In this document: piece by piece, positions 1-10,170 of the stretch | Numbering within the stretch: position 1 is the first letter of the stretch | Layout of the letters: each line of letters begins with the position of its first letter | Origin: Antedon mediterranea | Lineage: Eukaryota > Animalia > Echinodermata | Reading direction: 5' to 3' | DNA: 64,000 nt | Assembly: GCF_964355755.1 (NCBI RefSeq) | Contig: NC_092674.1 | Location: 4,340,001-4,404,000 of the forward strand | Program-made: the position numbers and the translations under genes | Notes under the pieces: generated by a model | Seen by the model: the letters and a program-made list of their open reading frames with translations, nothing else | What the model was told of the DNA's origin: nothing | Databases searched by the model: none

Positions 1-103
1 GTTTTGGTCACTCTGTAGAATGTTCACTCTCATAGCTTCATTCAATCTCGTAGTTTTGGTCACTCTGTAGAATGTTTACTCTCATAGCTTCGTTTACTCT
101 CAT
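1..103. repeat. End of a ~52-bp tandem repeat
   Basis: gttttggtcactctgtagaatgtt(c/t)actctcatagcttc occurs twice; truncated by the window edge. Confidence 0.7.
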
Positions 104-982
104 AGTTGTTCATTTCATTCATTCATTTATTCCACATTTATTTAGTCATCAATCACATCATAATTGCAATACAACAAGGATCCTGCATAAAAAAGCTGTA
201 GCTTCGTTTTTTTGTAGGACAATTTTACATATTTTACGTTATCAAATTTTTATTTTCTTTTAAGTTCTGTTATTTATTTGTTAATTTTGTAGCTTAAGTT
301 AGTTAAGATAAAAGGTACCAAGCTTGATTAGCTTCGGCTATACCTTGGCTACCTTTTGTATTAAATTGTTTTTTGTTTGATACAATAAAGAAGAAAGAAA
401 GAATATGAACAAAGTATAACTTAGATAAAACAGTCATTTCCCATAAACAAGGTGTTAATCAGCATAATAGTGATAAAAAGTTTTTTTTTGACCTGTTTTT
501 TTATACATTTATTTTGTTTCTTTAAAATAACCGGTTTATTATCACCATTATAAGTGAATTCTTTTCATGTGTATAAACTGTTGACTGCAAGTTAGTCTTG
601 TGAAGGGAATTTCGAATTTAGTTTCTGTTCTGAGGTTATGAGTAGGCATGTCTGTCGTAGATTTAAATGTGTTCACTCGTGTTCAACTCATACGCACGAC
701 ATGGCAGGTGTTTGATCCCAGTTTCCGTCAGCCATATGGTAATGTTACCCGTTGGTTTGTCACAGTAGTCAACCAACCTGAAGTTGTTGCGGTCATCGGC
801 AAAGTAAGCCTTTGTGAAAAAATGACGTCATTTTTAAAGTTTTAGCTCGAACTACGACTAAAGTCCGATTTAAGAATACGGGCTATAGACACGGTTCACT
901 CTTGTAGATTGTTAATCATAACATACAATGAAAGGACTATCTCTATCACTCTCCCTTCCACCAGGCCGCATAACATCATTTA

Positions 983-1914
983 TTACATGTAACAATAGCC
1001 ATCATTGGTCTCACGATAGTTCCAACCAATTTCAATAATGCCGGTACCACCACATCCGAGTCTTGAACTTGTTAAGACATAAATAGGGTTCGAATCCGCA
1101 AGCCAGCCTACATTGCAGCAATCAAATCCAACGGAATGTGCGTAAATTACCTGTGACCGTGTGGCCAGCTCTCCTCCATACGCCTCACACATGTCTATTG
1201 CCTCTTGGTACGTGAGTGTGTACCGCCTAACACCACGGACGAGAATAACACGGTGAGCGGGAAATGGATCTGGTACTGCAACAGGTGGTATGTCTGGGAG
1301 AGAAACGTAACACATTGCAAAATATTCAATTCCTGGGTCTCTTAACATGACTTCATTGGCAGTTGGGTATAGCCAATAATCAGAGGACGGTTTGTTAATA
1401 CATGGATTACCAGCTAGACCACTAGACAACCAAGCAAAGTCAAACTCACTCGGTACAGGGCAAAAACAAGCGCCTTTGATGTAGCAAATAGCGTGTACCT
1501 CAAGAGGAGTGGCAAGTCGACCTCTAAACTTATCGGCACAGAACACGCTAGATTCCTCAAAGTTTAGCTTCTTCGAGTTTGTACCGGTTAGCCGAATTAT
1601 TCTCTGATCTTCTGGGATATATGCGGTAACATTGGATACTTGATTGTATTCTTTATAGCAATAGTATCCGCTGAGATACGACTTGAAAGGAAATACGTTG
1701 GTTCGTAGATTTGATAACTGCAACTTGCACTTGTCGTCAGAAAGCGCGCTAAAGGCAATCTCTTCACTGATAAGCCAGCCCTCAGAACAGTGTTGAAGAC
1801 GAGGTTGAAAAGCGTTGTACAGATTGTCGTAAGACGCCAAACCACCTAAATTATCAGTACATTTGTCGGCTGCCTCGTCATAAGTAACTTCAGCCAAAAC
1901 AAAATAGACACCGT
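983..1914 (-). CDS. Copy A exon 3, three tandem Link/Xlink-like modules
   Basis: Acceptor ttttcag|AC at 1914, ORF to TAA at 983. Last module RRYTLTYQEAIDMCEAYGGELAT..Q...A...GFDCCNVGWLAD..C..YCY matches the Link consensus. Two more degenerate modules upstream (TYDEAADKC..LAS..C.EGW..YYCY; LNFEES..FC..LATP..AWL..AMCY). Confidence 0.85.
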
Positions 1915-2017
1915 CTGAAAACAATAGTACGTTAGGAGCAAAAGATGTAGTTAATACAAATCTTTTTCTCCGCAAGGGTCTGGTTTAGCTTCAAGACGAA
2001 TGTTTATATTATTAGCA

Positions 2018-2079
2018 ATGAAGGGCCTATAGAATGAAGGGCCTATAGAATGAAGGGCCTATAGAATGAGGGCCTATAG
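2018..2079. repeat. 16-bp minisatellite x4
   Basis: aatgaagggcctatag repeated; absent from the matching intron of copy B. Confidence 0.85.
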
Positions 2080-2363
2080 TCAAAAAGTGTAAATAGAATC
2101 AACATTTTACTCAAATTTGTGAAAGAGTGTGAGGTTATCATTATTTTTAGCAAAGCATTTGCCAAATATAGCCAATCACTTACATTTAGGTTTATGTGTT
2201 TGTTTTGACGATAACGTTTTCAGAAAAATCGATTGGTCACAAAAATGACTTTGCTCTCAGTTTTTTAGCGTTTAATTTATTGTGATGTTCAACATCCCTT
2301 TGATACCGTTTTGTTAATATTGTATACAAGTTTGGTATTTTAATAAAAATAGGTTTAACTTAC

Positions 2364-2388
2364 CTTGCACGAAGTCTCCTTTTAAGAC
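2364..2388 (-). CDS. Copy A exon 2, 25-nt microexon (VLKGDFVQ+G)
   Basis: ctttcag|GTCTTAAAAGGAGACTTCGTGCAAG|gtaagt. Converts phase 0 to phase 1 exactly as needed to join exons 1 and 3. Conserved in copy B. Confidence 0.8.
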
Positions 2389-2758
2389 CTGAAAGATAGA
2401 TAGACCTATACGGTAATTTAATGAAGATTTTATAAGTATTATTATAAAATATAAAATAATAATTATAATTTGTAGTAATATACTGTCATGTAATTTTTTT
2501 CAATCACTTTAAATGTAGGTAAATATGCTGTATATAGTTATGTATTTTAAAGCAAAGTCATCTTGAATCGTCAAATGACTTGTTTTTTTTAAAGTTTAGA
2601 CAATGGTCATTACTATAATTGAAGGGATATGATTAGGATTGTTTGAACCACCTTTAGTTATTTTACACCACGTAATAGCTACGTTCTAATTGCAATATGA
2701 TAAATTTGTATAATGTTAATAGCAATTGTTGTCAAATCAAATTATGCAATAACCTTAA

Positions 2759-2914
2759 AGCTGTCTACACTATCAAACTTTATGTGACAAACGGATGTGA
2801 TGTGCCCAAATATGATGATGTCATATCACTACCATATTTAAGTACATCACTGCCATATTTGGGCAAATCACATTTTTTTTTGTCAAACTAGTTTAATAGA
2901 GTTTATACAGAGCT
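2759..2914. mobile_element. Abundant ~155-bp Harbinger/Tourist-like MITE (family 1)
   Basis: TIR agct(ct)gtctacactatcaaact, T(A/T)A flanks, internal catatcactaccatatttgggc. Present in copy A intron 1 only. Confidence 0.85.
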
Positions 2915-2938
2915 TTAAGAGAAAAAATAAACAAATAC

Positions 2939-3226
2939 CTTTTCGAAGTATTGGAACAAATTGTCTTTTCTAAAGTTTCCAATTGATGTTGTTGCTCTTT
3001 GTTGTTTGTTGATTTGACAGCGACCATCTTGTGAGCTGTAGTTCAAGGACCAGCAAAAGACTTTTCTTGAACAGGCTAACAAGCATGAGATCCGCTGCAT
3101 GTGCGCCATCTCATAACTCCATCCTTGTAAAGAAGATTGCGACATGATGGTGTACATTTCACAACTTGCGCGTTGTATGTCCGTCAACAACGCAAATGCA
3201 ATCAGTGTTACGCAGATAACTTTCAT
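2939..3226 (-). CDS. PAN/Apple + triple Link-domain secreted protein, copy A, exon 1 (signal peptide + PAN/Apple-like domain)
   Basis: ATG at 3226, hydrophobic leader MKVICVTLIAFALL. PAN-type Cys pattern CLLACSRKVFCWSLNY...CQIN. Ends FEK|GTATTT (phase-0 donor). Near-identical exon at 9381-9668. Confidence 0.8.
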
Positions 3227-4041
3227 TTTGCGATGAAGTTTTCCTAAATATTGCTTATTCAGAATTGAAGCTTTATATATTTTGTACGTAAACAAAACCA
3301 CTGAACAGAAAATATTCACACACGCAGTTCGTTTAGTTCGCTATTTTTTGGGGAGAGAGAGCGTTTGTGTTCTACAACATCAGAAACACATTATGTAAAT
3401 CTATTACGTCATTTAATAAATTGCACCAATCAAATACACAGTTACAAATTGTACAATAAACAAGATAATAAATGTATCAAAATGTAAGTTTATTGTACAG
3501 TATATTACTCTAATGAGGAAGGTTCTATTTCCTATACATCATCTAAATGGACAAACTTCGACCATCTCATTAAAAATGTGTTATGTTACGTGGCACCCCA
3601 TAAGGTTGCCTAGTAGGCTTAATTGAATTTTTAAAAAGTTCGTAGTTTGAATTTTTTCAGTACAGTGCATATCAATATTATCGTAATTGTGAGTTGTTGG
3701 TGAACATGACTCGTGCAATATACTGTAGGCCTAAATGTAGTAGACTTGTTGAAGGAGGAGAGGGTGGATTTGAATCAATATACCAAAGAGCCTGATCAAT
3801 ATACGCGATCGAATAGATGGGGGAAAATATCAAGCTATTGGAGATAAGAGAAGAGAACACATTTTTTATTTATTTGAACATGCACCTTTAAATCGTTATT
3901 AGTCGGGAACAATATTTAGTGCGTTAATGGAAAAATAAAAATGAAATACAGACTTAATTAATAATACTTATAAGTATAATAGTGAAAGTGAATCGATAAC
4001 CCGATCAATATACGTAGATAGGTGGCAGCAGACGCGAGCAA

Positions 4042-4947
4042 TATTATACAGATATTGCCTGCTTAGAGGTAAAATATAAGATTTGAGGGAATAATATTTT
4101 GCTCAAGGGAATTTATATTTCCCGAAGCGCTAGCTGAGGGAAATATAATTATCGAGAGCATAATATCATTTCCTAGGTATGTCAAATCTTATGTTTTACA
4201 GATTATAAAGGCGATATCTGTTATATTACATAGCCAACAAGTTGTATCTACTGCTGGGTGTAATACGCCTGCCTAGTTAGGCGTTGCATTCACCTTACCT
4301 TGCGAAAAATATTATACAGATATTTACTAATTAATGATTCCTTAATTACTACATAATATATTCACTTAGGCCTATGTCGTTTAAATTAACAGAGGAATTT
4401 TCATTAATAAGCCTACCTTAATAATGATATTATTATTATCAGGTAGGCCTAGGCCGAATAAATAATAATTCGTCTTCTTCGAGGAGCCGGATCACCGGAT
4501 GTTCAGCGCGCCGCGTGTACCAGGTTACTACCGTGAGTAATACCAAAGAACCAAGAATCTCCTGTTCTTCAATTTGCATTCAAAACACAGTATCGGAAGT
4601 ACAGGGTTAAAAGGTCAAACTGGGCGACGCCATTTCACAGCATGGAGCAGCGCCCCCTCCAAACTACCCCTCCCCCTCCTCTAGAGTATTAGCAGATCCC
4701 CTCTATGATTTTGACTTTCTAATTTGATGCGGGCGCCCTACTCCTCAGTCAATTACTCTAACCCCACTAGAGTATTAGCAGATCCCCTCTATGATTTTGA
4801 CTTTCTAATTTGATGCGGGCGATAATTACGCGAAAATTACTCTGTCAATATCATCGTACTCGATGATATACGATTTACGATCCTCGCAGCGGTAGTCAAG
4901 TGATGCAGTTTTAACCAATCTCGTATTTACATAGGCTATGTAATATA
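4042..4947. mobile_element. Non-autonomous palindrome-headed element (Crypton-like)
   Basis: Imperfect palindrome 4048-4221. Inverted repeat tatattacatagcc (4222-4235) / ggctatgtaatata (4934-4947). Internal ~55-bp direct repeat at 4681 and 4768. Confidence 0.55.
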
Positions 4948-5157
4948 GGTAGCTATGAGCTATTATTTTAGCTATTAGTATACGTAGCTGCCAACCATGT
5001 TCTATTTTAAATACAACTCTATATTTTTTATATTCATCCCTACGTATTTTATAGGCCTAGGCTAGTACGTAAATAATATGTCAATATGTCTCTCAAAACC
5101 TAATATTTAATCAATAGATTTAATAAACATATTATAGGCCTACTCTTTTATCACACC

Positions 5158-6045
5158 TTTCACGCCAAAATCAGTCCGGGCCAAAATCGGTCCGGCGGAC
5201 CAGTTTTGGCTGCCAAAATCAGTCCGGGGGACCATTTATGGCTGCCAAAACCTGTCCGGCCGGACCAATTGGATAAAATCGGTCCGGGCAGTAGGACTGT
5301 TTTTGGCCGCCAAATATGGTCCGGTCTTACAAATATATGGTGCGCAATAGGAGTCATAATGTATATATCATTAAAAAAAAAGGCCATGATTAGTCATTAT
5401 ATTGAAAACTATGGGGTTTTATTTGTTATTTTAATATTATAAATTAAGCCTGTTTTTTTATTATTATCATTATTAGTAGTAACTCATCAATAATAAGTAC
5501 TAATTGTTAGGCTTTTTGTATACAATATGTATCTCTGCCTGTTTTTAATCCATTTTGTTCTTTTTTAACATCTTCGTTTCCCCATGATGTTAAAAACAAT
5601 TTAATTTATTAATTATTTATGGTTAATCAATCAATATATCAATTCAATACAATTATTAGAAAAAAATTATCCAATATTGATTAGGCTGAGGAAAAAAGGC
5701 CTCAATCATAAATCAAATCTAGCTGGCAATATCAGCGTCTCATACCCGTTCATGTGAGTGTGTGGCAGGCCGAAATATGAGTGAACACCTAAGTCATGTT
5801 TTTAGATAAAATACATTTATTTATAGTATTTATCCGACAAGATAACTTACTAATATATATCATGGGATATTTTTATAGCCATAAACAATTTAAAACAGCA
5901 TCATAGGCCTAGTAATTCAATTAAAATCGACAGAAGAAAAGCCCGGACCGATTTTGGCAGTGGCGGACTGCTTTTGGCCACAATTTTAGAGCCAAAACTG
6001 GTCCGGCCGGGCCGATTTTGGCCCCGGACCATATTTATCGTGACA
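5158..6045. mobile_element. Non-autonomous DNA transposon with long TIRs built from ggtccg/ccaaaa sub-repeats
   Basis: Left end tcacgccaaaatcagtccgggccaaaatcggtccgg mirrors right end ccggccgggccgattttggccccggaccatatttatcgtgaca. AT-rich non-coding interior. Confidence 0.75.
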
Positions 6046-7105
6046 ACCCTATTCACAAAATAGTTATAAGGTCACTCAGTGTCGTATAGTAAATAATGGG
6101 ATTTTATACAATTATTTTGGTTAAAATATCAATTTTTGAGCCATTTTCACAATAAACACTTACTTTTACCTTGATTTTACATTTAAACGCACTACAGTAT
6201 TTCAAACATATTTCCTTTAAAAAGGCCTGTTTCTAACAATTCTCTGTTGTTTCGTGTTGTTCTCATTACAATGATAGCGTTTTTGGTAAACAAATATTCT
6301 CTTTTACACAGCTTTGTACATTACAACAAAATGGATTTGTTAAAACGTTTTTTACTTTATTTGTAGGCCCATTTTATGTTCGTCCCTTTCTTTTTAAAAA
6401 TAGTTAGGCAACGGAAAAATAACAAATTCAAGAAAATCGGTATTTTTATTGATATCTATTGCTCATTTGCATACTTTGATGCATTCTTTGTTATACCGTT
6501 TTAAATTAGATACAATTTCGTGGGTTTTTTTGGAAAAATTGATTGAATGCAATAGACCTTTGTATTTTACCTCATTTACTTTATATTAAGAAATTCGTAA
6601 ACTGCATGAAAGATAATCAGAGAAAAATTTAAATAATCTGTACTCCAATAACAACAGTAAATTGTAAATTTATCTTCTGATTAATCCTGTCATTTTAAAT
6701 AAATATCTTGTTGTATGTTAAATTACAAACATTGCATTATGCTTTCGGAACAGAATAGTAATAAAGTTGCTCTTAATGATCTTATTACATTTTGTCCATG
6801 CTTTATTTTTTTTTCTGTTTGGTATAATGGTCATGTTTAATGTTCCATTAAAACTGTTAAAGTATGTTTTGTGGAATGACGTGCTCAAAGTTAATCTAAA
6901 TATTTGTTGTAAATGATCCACATTGTTAATTAATTTGAATGATGATAATTTTGTTTATAGGCTACTTTGTAAAAAGTTTTAACAGTTTTGAACGCGATAA
7001 CCGTAATTGGAGTTAGCTCTCTCTAGCTGTGATATACCTCTATAGCCCTTTTCTCACAGAACTATGCGCAGGGAACAGACAGCTGCCGGTAGGGTTTTCT
7101 GTTAA

Positions 7106-7177
7106 AACGGGTCAACCAGAACGGGTCAACCAGAACGGGTCAACCAGTACGGGTCAACCAGAACGGGTCAACCAGAA
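7106..7177. repeat. 14-bp minisatellite x5
   Basis: aacgggtcaaccag repeated. Confidence 0.85.
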
Positions 7178-7618
7178 TTGCTCAACATCTAGTAGGCCTA
7201 ATATTTCTAGAAATATTTCCCGAAATGCGACGGGTGTTTTCACAGAAACGCGCGAAGTACTTTACCCAGACGAGAGCATAGTTAAAAATGGGGGGGTGGG
7301 GGGGGGGGGGTGGGGAGAGATAATCATATTAGTGGACGGAACAATTCGATCAGGAGCCGTGTATGCTTCCAATGTTGCAAAACTTTCTGTTGTTATTGTA
7401 ACAGTGATGTAAATTAGGTGCATAGCATTGAAAGCATAAACAATAAAACAAGACTATAAAACTCTTTAAGCTCTATAGGCCTATCACTATGAAACATTAT
7501 GTTACAACACATGTGATGTGTCATGGGCATGATAATGTCGTATCACTGCCATATTTGGAAATATCAAACTAGTTACTTCACTCTGGATCTGCATCTGCCA
7601 GTGTAACATCATATTAGG

Positions 7619-8556
7619 CTACATGTAACAATAGCCATCATTGGTGTCTCGATCGACTTTACTCATATCGATTTTGTAAACTATTACCCCATTACAGTTG
7701 GGCCTTGCAACCGTTAAGGAATAAGCAGACACCCAATCTGCAAGCCAGCCTACATTGCAGCAATCAAATCCAACTGAATGTGCATAAACTAGTTGTGAAT
7801 ATGTGGCCAGTTCTCCTCCATACGCATCACACATGTCTATTGCCTTTTGGTACGTGAGTGTGTACCGCCCAACACCACGGACGAGAATAACACGGTGAGC
7901 GGGAAATGGATCTGGTACTGCAACAGGTGATATGTCCGGGAGTGGAACATAACACATTGCAAAATATTCATAAGCTGGATCTCTTAACATTACCTGATTA
8001 CCAGTTGGGTAAAGCCAATAATCAGAGGATGGGTTGTCATTACATGGATAACCGGCCAGGCCACTAGAAAACCAAGCAAAGTCGGCGACAAACGGTACAG
8101 GGCAAAAACAAGCGCCTTTGGTGTAACAAATATCGTGTACCTCAAGAGGAGTGGCAAGTCGACCTCTAAATTTATCGGCACAGAACACGCTAGATTCCTC
8201 GAAGTTTAGCTTCTTCGAGTTTGTACCGGTTAGTCGAATTATTCTCTGAACTTCTGGGATATATGCGGTAACATTGGATACTTGATTGTATTCTTTATAG
8301 CAATAGTATCCGCTGAGATATGACTTGAAAGGAAATACGTTGGTTCGTAGATTTGATAACTGCAACTTGCACTTGTCGTCAGAAAGCGCACTAAAGGCAA
8401 TCTCTTCACTGATAAGCCAGCCCTCAGAACAGTGTTGAAGACGAGGTTGAAAAGCGTTGTACAGATTGTCGTAAGACGCCAAACTACCTAAATTATCAGT
8501 ACATTTGTCGGCTGCCTCGTCGTAAGTAACTTCAGCCAAAACAAAATAGACACCGT
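7619..8556 (-). CDS. Copy B exon 3, three tandem Link/Xlink-like modules
   Basis: Acceptor ttttcag|AC at 8556, ORF to TAG at 7619. GRYTLTYQKAIDMCDAYGGELATYSQL..GFDCCNVGWLAD Link motif. Confidence 0.85.
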
Positions 8557-8946
8557 CTGAAAACAATAGTACGTACGTTTGTAGCAAATGTAGCTAATAC
8601 AAATCGTTTCCTCCGCAAGGGTCTGGTTTAGTTATGAAACGAATGTCTATAGAAAATGGGACAGGGCGGCTAGATAGTCAAAATGTGTGAGTAGAAATAA
8701 ACATTTTATTAGAATGTGTAAAAAGAAGTTATCAGTTGTATCACTTGGCAATCAGGTTTGCTTTACATGTTTGTGTTAGGTTTGTTTGTTTTTACGATAA
8801 AGTTTTCAGTAAGATCGATATATTGATTGGTCACAACATTATTTTGATTTTGAGTGATTATTTTATTGTGATAATTGACAATTATTAAGATACCGTTTAT
8901 AATTGTTGGTATTAAATACATTTTTATATTAATAAATGTAACTTAC

Positions 8947-8971
8947 TTTGAACGAAGTCTCCGTTTAAAAC
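8947..8971 (-). CDS. Copy B exon 2, 25-nt microexon (VLNGDFVQ+A)
   Basis: ctttcag|GTTTTAAACGGAGACTTCGTTCAAA|gtaagt. Same length and phases as in copy A. Confidence 0.8.
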
Positions 8972-9380
8972 CTGAAAGATAGATTACCAACAATACGGTA
9001 ATTTATTGAAAATCTTATAAATAATAATTATAAAATATTATAATAATGTATAGTAATATTACACTGTTATGTAAATATCACTTTAATTATAGTCAATGGT
9101 CTATATGCTCTATTTCAATGTTGTATTGGAAAAGCAAGGTCAATAAAGAATCTTTAGTTGACTTATATTTTAAATTGATATCAAAATGGTAAATTACTAG
9201 ATAATTAAAGTGATGAATAAATCTTTTTAATCGGTAGTCACGTTGTAATTCCAATATATGATAATAATTATTATAATAATACTAATGGTAGAATTGTAGT
9301 ATTGTAATATTTGTTTGTTGTTAAAAAAAAAATTAATATGCTATAACTTTTACGATAAATGAATTATTATAAACAAATAC

Positions 9381-9668
9381 CTTTTCGAAGTATTGGAACA
9401 AATTGTCTTTTCTAAAGTTTCCAATTGATGTTGTTGCTCTTCGTTGTTTGTTGATTTGACAGCGACCATCTTGTGAGCTGTAGTTCAAGGACCAGCAAAA
9501 GACTTTTCTTGAACAGGCTAACAAACATGAGATCCGCTGCATGTGCGCCATCTCATAACTCCATCCTTGTAAAGAAGATTGCGATATGATGGTGTAAATC
9601 TCACAACTTGTGCGTTGTATGTCCGTCAACAACGCAAACGCAATCAGTGTTACGCGGATAATTTTCAT
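9381..9668 (-). CDS. PAN/Apple + triple Link-domain secreted protein, copy B, exon 1
   Basis: MKIIRVTLIAFALL leader, same PAN-like Cys pattern, same 288-nt length and GTATTT donor as copy A. Confidence 0.8.
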
Positions 9669-10170
9669 TTTGCGATGTGCTACTTATCAGCAAATATTGC
9701 TTATTCAGAACTTCTAAGCTTTTTGTACGTAAAACTATACAAGATACGAATGACAATCAACGCACGCATTATAGTTCGCTGACTTTTAGAGAAATAACAT
9801 GTTCTATAAAAACATCCGAATAGCACACATAATAAAATATCTCTTTACGTCGTTTTTATAAATTCCACCAATCAAAATGCACTACTACAAATTGTACATA
9901 AACCAATAATTAATATTTGTTATTGTATTTTATTTATTGGATATCACTGCTGAGGAAGTTCTATTTCCTATACATATCATTTTTGAAAACTTTAATCCTC
10001 TTATTAAAACTCGGTCAATCAATATCATCATATCACATCATAAACAAAAGAACTCATTTAAGCTTGGTTCCCACTAGCAACGCAACAAGCGATTGGCAGT
10101 TTGAATGACCCATACTGTAGTGATGATCAAATCACTAAAGCTAGGACGCAACGCAAAAAAAAAAAAAAAG

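Noticed and set aside
1915-1975. N-terminal extension of the 330-aa ORF as a single-exon gene
   Set aside because: It has a non-ATG start and is not conserved with copy B upstream of the shared ttttcag acceptor, so it is intron sequence.
5160-5442. Overlapping ORFs on both strands
   Set aside because: They lie in the GC-rich sub-terminal repeats of a non-autonomous transposon.
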